DNA of 63,997 nucleotides, the filler included, from Rhizaria sp. SCN 62-66 (taxonomy: Eukaryota), in the NCBI GenBank assembly GCA_001724265.1. It is 5 parts of 5 records of this genome, joined end to end, with 100 filler letters (N's around TTAATTAATTAA, not from the genome) between each part and the next. Parts side by side here need not be neighbours in the genome. Positions count along the whole stretch, not along the records: positions 1 to 14,235 come from MEDY01000512.1; positions 14,336 to 28,541 come from MEDY01000513.1; 3 more parts are not named here. One strand, written 5' to 3'. The notes beneath the pieces were generated by a model. The model had not been told where the DNA came from. It saw nothing but the letters and a program-made list of their open reading frames with translations, and searched no databases. Position numbers and translations under genes: made by a program. This document shows positions 12,279 to 25,551 of this stretch, in pieces. Position 1 is the stretch's first letter. Each line of letters begins with the position of its first letter.

Positions 12279-14235
12279 TTAGTAGTCGTCTGCACCGGCA
12301 CCCCAGCCGAAGAGGCCCATGGCGGCCCCCAGGGCCCTGCGCGCGTTGCCGCCAACCGGAATGCCGGAGGCCGCAGCGGAGGCCTCAAACTCCGCGTGGT
12401 TGATGAGCTCGACGCTCTCGGCCGCGGGCGGTGACTGGACGGAGTATAGCTTGGTAGACTCGATGTAGGCAGTGGGCAGACACCAGGCCCAGAGGCAGGA
12501 GTAGCAGGGCGTGCAGTAGAACCAGGTGGACAGGCAGAGGCAAGGCTGCGAGGCAACACAGCCGCCGCAGCCGGTGGACTGCGAGCCCTGTGAACGGCAG
12601 CAAAACAGAAACGAATGGCATGACAGTCGAAGAGTGAGAAAGTGAGAGAGTAAGCGCACGAAACTAAACTGAATTGAAACGCTGTCACACCATTGGATGT
12701 ACAATGTAGTTAAAAGGAATAAAGATTGCATATTTCGACAATAAAAATTAATTTGAGTAAAACGTACTGTTTGGACGATAATAAAGCGTGACGTGTCCTC
12801 GAAGGTGGTCTGGAAGGCGACCTCGACCGTCTCGTTCAAATCGCCGAAGCGGCTCTTGTAGGCCACTGCGGCGGCCTCAAGCTCAACCGCAGACCGCTCC
12901 GAGACAATCCAGCGGCGCGCAATGCGCACGGTCACCGCAGGGGCACGTGCAGTGGCCAGGGCGGAGAGAAGCGCACCGCCGGCGGGGTTCTCCTCGGAGA
13001 CAGCGTCCAGCTTGAGCGGGAACGCGGTGCTGTTGCGAGAAGCAAAAGATAACAAATTGAAGCAGGAACAAATAATAGTGGCATGAGATTTGGACATAAA
13101 ACCGAATAATACATCGAAAGATTAGGTATTGTAGAGCTTCCATCATTCGATGATAAAAGTCTTCTCGTACCTGTGCGAGGGCAGGAAGCGCGGCATCCAG
13201 CCGCCGCTCTGCCAGCGTCCGACGCGGATCTGCATGCCGACCTTGAAGGGCGCGCCGCGGAAGCTCTCCAGGTCCGCCAGCAGCCCCGCGGGCGCGTACT
13301 GCAGGGGCCCGAAGAGCGCCATGGAGGCGGCGACGGCGTCGAAGCGGCAGCAGTTGTTGCGGTTGCGGCCTACCGAAGTGCGGAAGACGGGCGGCACCGA
13401 CACAGCCAGCGCGCGCTCAACCGCCGCGCGCCCCGCGGGGTCCGTCGCGGCGTCGGGTAGCGCGGGCAGTGCGCCCAGGTCGTGCGTGAAGGGCGCGGAT
13501 GCGACGGCGGGGACCTGCGAGGGGTCACCGACCGTGGACATCGTACCGCGCTGCATGCCGGCGCTGGTGACGGCGGCCGCGGAGCCGACGCCGATGACGC
13601 CCATGCGCACGTCGCCGGGCTGTGCGGGGCGCGAGTAGCAGCATGGCAGCACGCAGGCGACTTGTGCCAGCGAAAAGCACAGCAACATGATAAACGAGAT
13701 TCCCAGGTAGATGGGCAGCATGATGAGCAGCGGGAACAGCTCGAAGTAGTCATACGACGACGTCTTGGAGTTCTGAAAGTGGACGTACGAGGCGAGGGCC
13801 CAAATCAGCACGGCGGCTCCCGCGGCTTGGAACGGGATGGCGATGCACAAGCACGTGTTGGCCGCGCACGCGTACAGAAACGCTTCTTTGCACGTGCGGT
13901 AATGCAGCTTAACCCCGGCGCCGCCGTTGCCGCGCTCGACATCATCGATGTTGTCGTTGGCGCCAACGACAGAGCCGTGCTGTTGTTGCAGCTGTAGTTG
14001 TTGCTGCTGTTGCTTGATTTCGAGGCCCTTCTTGTAGGCCGCCCGGATCGCCGGCATGTCGAACCCGGCGCCGCTGCTGCTGCCGCCGCCGACGCCGCTG
14101 ACGCTGCCACTCTCGCTGGCGTTGCTCGAGGGCGCGGTCGTGGTGCCGTAGCACTTGCCCAGGCGGCCCACGGCGACCTGCATTGGCGCCAGGTTGAAGA
14201 GCCCGCGGCCGTTGCCCGCCGCGGCGAGGTTGCCC
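12279..14235 (-). CDS. Cys-rich membrane protein of unknown function, 5'-partial; join(14235..13171,13029..12768,12587..12279)
   Basis: Track ORFs 13143-14183 and 12279-13097 join through introns AG|GTACGA..CAACAG (141 nt, phase 2) and ACA|GTACGT..TCACAG (180 nt, phase 0). There are two hydrophobic helices flanked by Cys clusters and a C-terminal CLCLSTWFYCTPCYSCLWAWC segment. It ends in TAA. Confidence 0.75.
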
Positions 14236-14335
14236 NNNNNNNNNNNNNNNNNNNNNNNNNNNNNNNNNNNNNNNNNNNNTTAATTAATTAANNNNNNNNN
14301 NNNNNNNNNNNNNNNNNNNNNNNNNNNNNNNNNNN
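14236..14335. other. Artificial contig linker
   Basis: N44-TTAATTAATTAA-N44, giving stops in all six frames; identical at all four gaps. Confidence 0.97.

Positions 14336-14369
<34 letters not shown>
14336..14369 (+). repeat. (CA)n microsatellite at the contig end, ending in a CAG splice acceptor
   Basis: At least 17 CA units followed by G and then GC-rich coding sequence. Confidence 0.9.
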
Positions 14370-14370
<1 letters not shown>

Positions 14371-14371
<1 letters not shown>

Positions 14372-14952
14372 GCATGACGTACAAGGAGCGCGCCGCGCTG
14401 GCCGCCGCCGCCGCCCCGGCCGCGGGCTCGGCGCCCGACACCGACGACACGGTCTCCGTGGCCGAGAGCGACGCCTCAGCCGGCGTCACCGCGGCCGCCG
14501 GCGCGGGCAGCCGGCGCGTGAGCTACGCACAGCAACAGGCCGACAAGCGCGTATTTTTCCCCAAGGGCGGGCTGAAGAAGCCTGACCCGCTGGCGCCGCT
14601 GGCTGCGGGCGCGGTGGGGCTGGACCGGCTCGACGCCTTCACCGACCGGGCCGCCAGCGTTGGCACCATCCGCGAGGAGGGCGCCGAGGGCGACGGCGAC
14701 GACGACGAGGGCGCTGAGAGCAAGAAGACTGAGGCTAAGAAGGCCGAGAGCAAGAATGTTGCTTCCTCTGCTGCTGTTGCTGTCCCCGTTGCGGCTACTA
14801 ACAAGAGCAAGGGCATCAGTGCGAGCGCGAGCGATACTGCCGGCGCGGCTGCGGGCACGGCTGTTGCGGACAACAGTCTGACACAGGGCCTGGCCGCGCT
14901 GGCGATGGCGGCGGCCTGCGCCGTTGCGCTCGTCTACCGCCACCTCGGTTGA
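14371..14952 (+). CDS. Terminal exon (or whole ORF from ATG 14374) of a probable tail-anchored membrane protein
   Basis: Open GC-rich frame ending GLAALAMAAACAVALVYRHLG-TGA, followed by AT-rich sequence. Confidence 0.7.
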
Positions 14953-15462
14953 GCGCTCGAATATGCTGTATCGTGGTGCAGTTGGGCCAGCGAGATAGCG
15001 ATGGCGAAGGGGCCACAGATAGACCAACACAAGACTGTGTGTGTTGATGATATATTGTTACTTATAGTGATCTTAGCGTTTATAATATACAAATTTGACC
15101 AATTAATATCTTAATATACTGCGTCTTGATGTTATTATTGCGATTGTAATCCTGTGAGAGTGAGATATGCAAGTAACAATCCACTAAGCTGTGACTGTGC
15201 GGTGCACTGTGTCGGAGTATGGTCAAGTGGCCACGCATGGATTTGGCGCCAAGACAAAATCATAGTATATCTCGAAAAATATCTGTCAAACAGTACTGCT
15301 GTGCAAGTATGATGCATGTATTTTGAAATTTCAATTGAATTTTAATTTATACCTCTCAAAATGATGTATATGTTTCATGCCACTCTGTTTCTTCCAGCCT
15401 TAGACCACCGTTTTCTTCGCATCTCCGCGGTCTCTCTCGGCCTCGGCTCACGCGCTCTCAGC

Positions 15463-18400
15463 ATGAGCTCCAACGACGACACTACGCCATCGAAGCCCGC
15501 GCCCCCGAAGCGCGACATCCGCGCGATGTTTGGCGTTGCCACCTCCTCGTCCGCCCCCGCCGCGCCCGCTACCGCACCAGCTGCACCTGCCCCGGCTGCA
15601 ACGGAAGCTCCTGCTCCTGCTCCCGTATCCCCGGATATCCCTGTCTCGGCCCCTGCTGCGCCGGCGCCTACTTCTGCCTCCGTGACAGCACCGGCGAAAC
15701 CCGCCAGCGGCGCTCTATCAATGGCTGCGTCTCTCTTGCTTGCCGCCGCAGCCTCTGCAGCAACGACGCACGACACGGCACCCGCATCTGCCGCCAACGT
15801 GCCTGTCTCTGCGGCGAGTGCGAACTCGAGTGCCAGCGCTAGCGCCGGTGTTTTTACCGTGGGCCCGTTGCCGCCCCCGGCTGGCGCAGCCGCCTCGTCC
15901 AGGAACACCGCCGGCTCTAGCTCTAGCGCGAGCTCGAGCTGCTCCAAGGCCCGGGCCGAGCCATCTCCTGTCGCCATGACCACTGTCGCCCTCGCGGGCC
16001 GCTCGTTCCTGGAGGCGGCGCGCGAGCGCTCGGCTGCCGCTGCTGCAGCCGCCGCCGCCGCCACCGCCGCCGCTGCTGCTGCAGATTCTGAGGCCGAGGC
16101 TGTTGCTGCCGCCGCAACGGCTACAGTGACGCCAGCCAAGCGCGGACGTCGCCAAACCACCGCAAGCGCTGCCACTGCCGCTGCTAGCTCTGGTGACAAG
16201 AGCGCTGGCGGCGCCGGCGACGACGGCAGCGGCGCCGCGGTGGCTACCAACGATGCCAGCACGAGCGCCGCCGCTGTGAGCGCGAGTGCAAGCGCCGACA
16301 CCCCCCCGGCGCGCGCCCGCGCTGCGAAGCCGAGTGAGAGCCTGGCCGAGGCCAGTATGAGCGTCGGCGTCGGCAGTGCGGGCGCGAGCGGCGGCAAGAT
16401 TGCGCCGATGTTCATGAGTCCAACCCAGCGCAAAGCTGCAGCGGCGGCTGCCGCGGCGGCGGCGTCTGCGTCTGCACCTGCCGCGAGCAATGATGGCAGC
16501 AGGAGTGAGGCAACTGCCGCCGCGAATGAGATTAAGTCGGGTGACAGTGTAAACACCCCTAAGGGCGCCGTCAGCGTCCCCAAGGGTAGCCTAAGTACCC
16601 CCGTGATGGGCCCCCCGCCGCCCCCCTCAGTGTCGCGCGCGCAGAGTCGCAGCTCCAACAGCAGCAACAACACGGTTTCCGCGGGTGCTGCTCCTGCTGC
16701 TGCAACTGACGCCAGCGTGAATGCGAGTGCGGGCGAGAGTGCGACGCCGCCTGTGCCCTCGACCCGCACAAGCAGCCGCCGCGCCGCCGCTCTCGCGACC
16801 AACGCCGACAAGGGCCTTGCCGGCTCAGACAAGACCAACGGCAGCGCGGCAGAGAGCGTCGACACACTCGACCCCACGATCACTGGCAGCGGCGGCGCCA
16901 GCGCCAGCGGCGGCAACATGCTGCAAGAGCTCGCCCGCCGCCGCGCCGCGGCCTCCGCCGCCTCTGCAGCCGCCTCTGCCGCCGCCTCTGTTGTTGCAGC
17001 CCCCGGTGGCGTTAACGCGGCGCCGCTGTCGGTGCCCGCCACACCGCTGCCGCCACTGGAGGACGCCATCCTCATCGGAGACTCGCCGACCCCCAAGGCA
17101 GCGGCGAACGGCGGTATCGGCAACGCGAGCAGCAAGCTCTCCGGCGGCCTCGGCTCCGCAGACGCGGGCGCGGGCATGGTGTCGGCTTTCGCTGTGCTGG
17201 CGCAAGCGCAGGCGCAGCAGGCGCGCCGCCGCGCCGCGACGGGCGTGGCCGCGGCCCGCGCCGCGCGCGCGCTGGCGCTGCTGCACGCCGCGCTGCCCGC
17301 GGGCTACGGGCTCGCGCGCTGGGGCGGCGGCGGTGCGGTCGTCACGGCCGCAGCGGCCGCGGCGGCCGCGGCGCTCGCGCTCAACCTGAACAAAGACGCG
17401 GGCGCCAACGGCGTCGCTAGCGGCGCCGCTGTCGGGCCGATGGCAGCCCTTCTAGTCAAGAAACAACCTATCGCCAACGCTAGCGCTGCGAATAGTAGTG
17501 CGAGTGGCGCTGCGACTGGCAGCATCGAGGAGGTGTTGCTGCGGCCTGAGTCGGTCCTGGCCGGCGCGGGATGCGGCATCGGCCTGCTCGCCGCTCCCGC
17601 CTCGGCCGGCGCCGCGACCTCCGTCAGCGCCGCGGCGACGGCCGCTGGGGCCGCCGGCGCCGCCTCCGGCTCCGGCGCCCTCTCCGGCGCTGCCGCCGGC
17701 GCCAGCGCTGGCCTCAGCGCGGGCGCGCTCGGCGCTGGCGCGCTGGGCGCGGGTGGGCTGGGCGTTGCGGGCGTGGCCGCGGCCGTCGCGGCGGCGGCCC
17801 CCGCGCTGGCGGCCTGGGACAGCTACGCGCACTCGCTGCGCGGCGGCAAGCACGCTGGCGCGGCGAACGCCGGCGTCGGCGACGCGGGCATCAGCGTCAG
17901 CAGCGGCTGCGCGAACGCGAAGGAGCAGCGGCAGGCGCAGCTGCTGCAGCGGTGGGCGGGCGCGCGCGGCGCGGGCGCGGCGGCGACGCCGCTGTGGCTG
18001 TGGCCGCTGCTGCGGACGCGCGCCGCAGCGTTCGCCAACTGGGCGCTGCTCGAGGAGTGGGCCTACTGCGCGCGCGCATACGCTGCGCTCAGCAGCGCCG
18101 GCGGCGGCAGTAACGGCACCAGAGCGGGCAGCAGTGAGGGCTGCAGCAGTGCGAGTGCGAATGGGAGTAGCAAGCGCAGGGGCCGGCCTCGGGCAAGCAA
18201 CAATGACGACGATGACGACGACGACTACAGCTCCACGAACAGCACGAAGGACGCTGCTGCTTCCACAGCGGTGCCGCAGTCGCCGTGGCAGTGGCCGTCG
18301 CCGTTTGCCGCCGCCCCGTTCCCCCTGCGCGCTGTGCCGGCCGCGTTTCCCGCGGTCGCGCACGTGGGCTACGCGCAGACGGCTGAGGCAGTCAAGGCGA

Positions 18401-21400
18401 TTCATGTGAAGCCGCGTGACTCTGAGCTGAAGCCAAATGTCGCCGAAGTCAAGCCGGGGTCTCTGTGGGGATTCAACGTCAGCAAGACGCAGCAACGCAA
18501 GCTCAAGCACAAAACCAGCGATTTGAATAACACCGCTGTTCCTACTGATAACAGCAACGCTGCTGCGCTTCTTGACGCCGACGCCAACGCCGTTGTCGGC
18601 GCGGACGCCGTGCCGCTGCTCTATAACGCCACCGCGACCGCGGCCGTCGTCGAGGTGTTTGCCCACCTCGCTGCCGCGGCCACCACGAACAGCGGCTCGA
18701 ACGCCAGCTCTGCCAGCTCTGTCAGCACGAGCGCCGCGGCCTCGGCGGCCTTCGCGGCGACCGCGGCCGCCGTGGTGGCCGCCTTTCTCGCCGCCGCCCC
18801 GCGCCTGCGTCTGGCCCCCGCGTCCGCCTCGGCCGCCGCGCTCGCCCTTGCCAGCGCGAGCGCCGACGGCAACGACGGCAGCGGCGGCGGCGACAACATC
18901 GCCGGCGCGAGCAGTGCAGGCGCCGTCGCGCAGTCGATCGCGCAGCCCGCGGGCGCGTACGGCGCGCTCGACTACCCGGCGCAGTTCTTGCCCGTGCTGC
19001 TGCAGGCGCTGCCCTCGCTGCGCGCGCCGCTGCAACTCACTGTCACATACTTGCGCAACTTCGACCGCGCGCGCGCCGCCGCCGCGGCCGAGGCGGGCGC
19101 GAGGGCCGCGCGCAAGCAGCAACAGCTGCTGCAGGCGGCCTCGGCGGCGCAAGGCGGCGGCGGCGCGGGCAGCAAGAAGCAGCAACCGCTACAGCTTCAG
19201 CAGCAGCCCAAGGCGTCGGCGTTTGCGGCTGCTTTGTTCTCGAAGCCCGCGGCTGCACAACAGTCTGCGACGAGCAGCAAGAGCGGCAAGGCTGCTGAAA
19301 TCGTCAGTCTGAGCGACGACGACGACAAAGACGGCACGGTGACTCTCGCCGACGCGCCTGCGCAGCCACTGCCCACAGTGCGCGAATGTGAGCACTGCCG
19401 GCTCTCGGTCAGTCGCCCTGACAACGCGCTGCTGTCCTCGCTCGCCGACGCGCTCGCGGCGCGCCTCACGCCCCATAGTAAAGAGACGGGGGCGCGCGCT
19501 ATGCGGGAGCTTATGCGTGCCGCCGCGCCCGCAGCGGTCAACGCGAAGGGCTACAACTCCTCAAAGGCTAAGTGCATCAACCCCCAATGCCCTCAGTACA
19601 ACAGCGACAGTGCCTCTGACGCTAGGACTGCAGCCGCCGCTGTTGCTGCTGCCGAGGCCGAGGCCGAGTCCGAGGCGTGCTACGCGCGCTGGGTGGCCTC
19701 TGTCACGGCTCCGGTCACCTCGCTGATTCTGCTCGGCCCTTCGGGCTGCGGTAAGTCGGCGCTGGCGGCCACAGCGGCCGCGCTGGCGGGCGGCAGCGCG
19801 CTGGAGCTGGGACCCGACGCGCGCCGCAGCGGCCGCGACGTCGCCGCGGTGTTCGATGACGCCTCGCAGTCGCGTCGGGTCACCGTCGGCGCGGCCCTCG
19901 CCGCTGCTGGCGGCGCCGCGGGCGGCGGCGCGGGGTTAGGGCTGGGGCTGGTCGCGGTGAGCGGCAGCGGCTCCAGCTCGAGCTCGAGCGCGGGCGGCGC
20001 TGGTTTGGACTCGTTTGACCCGTTCGCCGAGCTCAACACCGCCTTCAGCAGTAGCAGCACAGGCGCCAAGAGCAGCAAGAGCAGCGCGAGTGCGAGTGCC
20101 GCTGCCGGCAGTGACAAGGGCAAGAAAGCTGCCCCTGCCACTGCTAAGGGAGCTAAGGGATCTAAGGGTGGCCGTGCTGCTGCGAGCGCAAACGCCGCCA
20201 ATAGTGCGGCTCATGCGTTTCATAAGATGTTCAAGACCGCTCCTGTTAGTACGACTGAAAGCACGGCGGCGACCTCGACTGCCGCTAACGATAGCGATGA
20301 GGATGATGATTTGAAGTCTAAGTCGAAGGGCTCCAAGCCTAAGAGCTCTCCAGCAAAGTCTAAGGCATCCTCGTCAAAGTCCAAGTCGAAGGCGGTCAAG
20401 AGTCGCCGCGTGCTTGCCTCCGAGTCGGACTCCGGCTCCAACTCCGGCTCCGGCTCGGCGAGTGTGGGTGAAGACAGCGCTAGCGATGACGCTGAAGTCG
20501 ACACGATTGACGACAGTGCAAGTGTCAACGACGGCTCCGGCAGCGACTTCATCGAGCTCAGCAGCGACGAGGACGACGGCGCCGGCCGCAGCGGCAGCGC
20601 TGTCCGTGGCGGCCGCGGTGGCCGTGGCGGGCGCAGCCGCGGCAGGCCCAAAGGCAGCACCAACAAGAAGCCCGCCAACGCTGGCCCGAACGGCCGCGGT
20701 CGTGGCCGTGGCCGCGGCCGCGGTCGCGAGCGCAGCGCGATCGACGACGCCAAGGCGATCACTCTCTCCGGCAGCGGTGACGACGACGACGACGACGATG
20801 ACGACGTTGTCGCTCTCGATGACCCTGCAGGCTCAAGCTCCAGCTCCAGCGCCGCGGCAGCGCCCGTGACCCCGCCGCCGCGCCGCCTCTCGCAGACTCC
20901 GTCGCTGTCGCAGCAAAGCGGGCCGCCCTCGGTGGTGCGCCGCAGCGCGCGCCGGCCCGCGGTCGCGTCGCCAGCGACCTATGCCGACACTGCCGACAGC
21001 AGCGGCAGCAGCGGCGGCGAGGGCAGCGGCAGCGAGGGCGGCGGCAACAACGTCGGCAGCGACGGCGACGCGCTGCCGCAGCAGCAACGCCAGCGCCGCC
21101 GCACCGCCGCGAGCTCGAGCAAGAGCAGGATCAACGCTAACGACAGCGAGGGCAGGCGTGGCAAGCGCGCGAATCACAAGAGCGCCGGTCTCGACGACGC
21201 CAGTCCCGCCGACAGCGCGATCACGCTCGACGACACGCCCCTCCGCGGCAGCGGCGGCGGCGTCGATGGGACATGCGTCGCGCAGCTCGCGCCCACCGCG
21301 GCCGCGGCCAGCACCCTCTCGCACCCTTTCGCGTCGCCCTTCGCCCCCGGCCCCGGCGTCAGCGCTGCAGGCGCTGGCGGCGCGGGCGTGGCCGCGAAGC

Positions 21401-24400
21401 CGGCGCCGCGGCCGGTGCCGCCGCCGGCGAGCGCGCTGCCTTCGCTGACGCTCTCGGCCGCGGCCGCCGCGCCGTCACCACTGGCGGGCAGCGTGCTGCA
21501 CCTGGACAGCGTGGACGTGACGCACGGCGACGACGCCGGGCTGCCGCGCGCGGTCGCCGCGCTCATGGCCGCCACGCGCCGCCCGCTGCTGCTGTCCTGC
21601 TCCGCGCTGCCGCCCTATCTGGCCGACGCCGCGCCCGTGCCCGCGATGGCGCTGCGGGGCTTCCCCTTCGCGGCCGACTCGCGCGCCGCCGCCTCCGCCG
21701 CCGCGGCCGCCAACACGACCAGCGCCGGCGGCGGCGCGGGCGCGGGCGCGGGCCCCGGCGCCGGCTATTTCTCCAGCGGCGGCGGCAACTCCGCGGCTGC
21801 TCCGGACGCGGTCGGCGCTCGCACTGCCGGTGCTGCTGCCGCCGCCGCTGCCCCCTTTGGCGCCGCGGTCGGCGGCGACGGCGCAATCGCGGGCTCCGTG
21901 GCGGGCGCGCACGTGCTGCCGCTGGCCGGCGCGGGCGAGTGGGAGCTGGTCCTCGCGCTTCTCGTGCTCACGCTCCTCGAAACCGCCGTCGCCGTCGACC
22001 GCACCCGCAACGACAGCGCACGGACCGACAACAACGCGTTCAACGGCCTCAGCGCCGTGGTCCTGACCCCTGAGCGCGCGGCGGCGCTGGCACGCTTCAC
22101 GACGGGGCTGTTGGCCTTCGTGCGCGCCGCGCAGTGCGGGCCCGGCGGCGGCGGCGCCAGCGCAGGCAGCAGCAGCGGCGGCAGCGGCGGCGCCGGCAGC
22201 GGCGGCGACGTGCGCGCCGTGCTGCTGTCGGCGCAGGCCGCGATGCCCACGCTGTCGCAGCAGCTCACGGGCATTCTGTTCTCGCAGTCGTTGTCGCAGT
22301 ACGGGGTCAGCGGTGTGGACACGGTCGACGTGAAGCTGCGCACGGCGGCGCTCACAGTCACGCGCTCGCTGCCGCCCAACACCGCAGCCGCCTCTGCTGC
22401 CGCGGCTGCTGCGGCGGCGGACGCCAGCGCGAGTGCGAATGCGAGCGCGAGCGCGGCGGCGAGTCTGGCTGCAGACGCAATGGGCAGTGCTGTCACGCCC
22501 GCTCTCGTCGCCGTCTCCACCGCGAGCATCGCCAGTGCGGACACCGCTATCGGCGCCAACAGCGGCGCTTGGCTCGGCGCGGGTGGCATCAGCAGTGCGA
22601 GCGTGGCGGCCGCCGCCGCAGCGCTCGTCGCGCCGGACCTGCTGCTGCCCTCTGACGCCACTGGCGCGAACAACGAGGCTGTGACGCTGCTGACGGGCCG
22701 TACGCAGCGGCTGGGGCTGCCGTTCACCCCCGTGTGGCCCAAACTGCCCGGCTCCGGCTCCGATTCAGACTCCGGCTCCGACGGCAACGACAACAACAGC
22801 AGCAGTAGGGCGAAGGCCGGTTTGCAGGGCGGCCTCGGTGCGTACTACGGCGGCGCCGGGATCCGCGGCTATGATATCGACAGCGACGACGACGACGATG
22901 GCTACGGCGGCTACGGCGGCCGGGGCCGCGGCAAGCGCGCCGACCCCAAGGTCAAGAAGGGCAAGGGCAAAGACAGCGACGACGACGCTGCTGCCGCTGC
23001 TATCGACGACGCTCCCAAGAGGGGCAGGGGCCGGCCGCCTGCTGCCAGCAAGCGCCGCCTCGCCGACTCAAGCCCCAGCTCAAGCTCGAGCTCGAGCAGC
23101 TCGAGTGGCAGCGACGGCGACGACGTAGCGGTCACTGCCGCCAGTGCGAGCGTCAAGCCTACTGCGAGCGCGAAGAGTGCGAAGACCCCCGTGTTCGCGT
23201 CCGCGTCGGCCTTCGCGCGCGGGTGCCTGGGCGGCCGCAGCGACGCCGCGCTGGCCGCGGCCTCGCGCCCCGCCGCCGCAGTCGCCGCCGCCGTCGAGGG
23301 CGCGTTGGTGACCGTGGCTGTGGATCTGAACGACAGGCGCAGCCGCCGCAGGGCTGGCGCGAACGCCAACAGCGATGAGAGCGAGAGCGAGAGTGACAGT
23401 GAGCTCTTCGAGTGCGACACCGAGACCGCGGCCTCTGTCACCACAAACACCCACAACGGTGATGCGAACGCCTCGAATGCCGTCGGTCGCCTTGTCTGCA
23501 AGGCCGACTCGAACCCCCTGTGGGCGCTGCTGGGCGCCGGACAGGGCCTGCCGCGCGCGCTCGCCCGCCTCTTCACTGTGCCGACGCCGCTGTCCGCTCC
23601 TGGCTCCGGACGCCGGCTGCCCCTCTCGCGGTTGCTGCGCGCGCTGTGCTCAGTCGCCGAGGTCGTCGACGTCGTCGGCGACAACGTGCTGCCGCAGGTC
23701 GCCGCCATCCGCGCGAACGCCAGCCTCGCCCGCGCGGGTGCTGAGAATGTCAGCGCGCTGCAGCGGTGGGGCCGGCGCTCGTTCGCGCACCCTTACACCG
23801 CTAAGGGCGCTCTCACGGCCAGGTCTAAGGGTGTGTACCCTTTCAGCGAGCGCCTGGCTCTGCTGCCCCCCGCCACCGCCACCGCAGCCGCGACGGCGGC
23901 CTCGATCGCGCGCGCCCGGGCGCTCGCTCTCGTAGACCGCTGCGGCCGCTGCGACGGCGACGGCGACGGCGACTGCCAGTGCGTGGGCGGCTGCGGCGTG
24001 GTGACGGTGAGCCAGGCCAGCGACTGTGTGCGCTTTGCGAGTGACCGTGAGCGCAGGCGCGCGCGGCTCGAGGCCGAGAAGCAGGCGGCACTAGCCGCGA
24101 TGTTCGGCGGCAACGCTGCCGCGGACAATCGCACCGCTAAGGCTGGCAAGAGCAGCGGCCGGAAAGCCGCGATGGCTGACGACGACGGCGATATCATCAA
24201 CGAAGATGAGTGTGAAGAGAGCAAGGCCGGCAACGACAACGGTGGCGACGCTAGCGCGGACGCGAAGCAAGAGTCCGCTTCTGAGGCCTCTTCTACTGTC
24301 GCTGGGCCCGCTGCTGCGACTCTTTTCTCTCTCTCGAACCCTTTGCTGTCGGGCTCAGCTGCCCTCGCCGCCGCGGCCAAGGCCCAGCTCCAGCTCTACT

Positions 24401-25516
24401 CCGGGGCTCAGACCGAGTCCGGCGCTAGCGCTGACGCAGCGGGCGCTGGGCTCGGCCCCGGCCGTCTCGGCGCTGGCCTGCCCCGCAGCGTGACTGTGTC
24501 CGCTGCCGCCGCGGTGCTGCTGCAAGCCGTGCACGCGCTGCCCTCGCACCTGGGCCTCGCGGAGCCGCTCACTGCGTCCGACCCCGCGCTCGCGGCGCGC
24601 AGCGGCGCCGGGGCCAAGAGCGAGAGCGGCAAGAGCAAGAGCCCCGCGGAGTGTCCGTCGCAATTGCAGCCTCAGCCCCAGCCCCAGTCACCGTCCGCGC
24701 AGCTGTCGCGGCCGGTGCTGGCGGTGCACGGCGAGCGCTGGGTGCTGACCGACAGCTGGGCCGGCCGCGCGCGCGTCTCGGGCGCCCGCCTGCGGCCCGC
24801 GCTGACCACGGCACTCGGCGCGGCGGCCGCGGCGGCGGCGCTGGGGCCTCAGGAGGCCGCCGCACTCGCGCTCGCGGCTGCCAAGGCCAACGCCAGCGCC
24901 AACATCAGCACCAGCACTTCTGCGGCGACACAAGTCACCGACGGCAACGGCACCTCGGTCGCGAGCGACGGCGCGGGCACCGTCACGCACCGCGCGGTCT
25001 TGACTCTCGCCGCCACGCGCGCGCTCTCCGGGGCGCGCGCGCTCCGCCAGGCGCACTGCGCGAGCCGCGGCAACAGCGCCGCCACGCCCGCGGCCGCGCT
25101 GGCCGCCGCGGCCGCCGCCCTCAGCGACAAGAACGGCGGCGGCGGCGCGGGTGCGCTGGGGGGGCTGGCGGGCCAGACCTGCGACGAGCTGGGCCGGCCC
25201 GTGGCCACTAACCGGGGCTGCGCGAGCTGCGGAGCGGCCAGGCCCAGCGGCAGCAGCGGTCTCAGCAACGGCGACGGCGACGGCATCGCTGTCGCGGCGG
25301 GCGCCGGCGCGCTGGGCGCTGACGCGGTGCTGGAGCCCCTCGTGGCGGCCGCGCGGGCGCACTCCGAGACTGTGCTCGCAGCCTCCGTCGCCACTGCCGC
25401 CGCCGCTGCTGCTGCCGTGAGCGCGAGCAGTGACTCTACCGTCGCCGTGAAGAGTGAAAGCACGGACGCTGACGCCAGCTCGAGCGCAACCGGTGCCAAG
25501 GCCGAGCCCGACGCTG

Positions 25517-25551
<35 letters not shown>

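Noticed and set aside
13143-13170. TGA 13143 as a gene end with an overlapping ATGA start of a second gene
   Set aside because: It lies inside a GTACGA..CAG intron that joins the two ORFs in frame.
14280-14291. TTAATTAATTAA repeated four times as a biological motif
   Set aside because: It is always centred in exactly 44+44 Ns, so it is a six-frame-stop linker. Adjacency across these gaps cannot be trusted.
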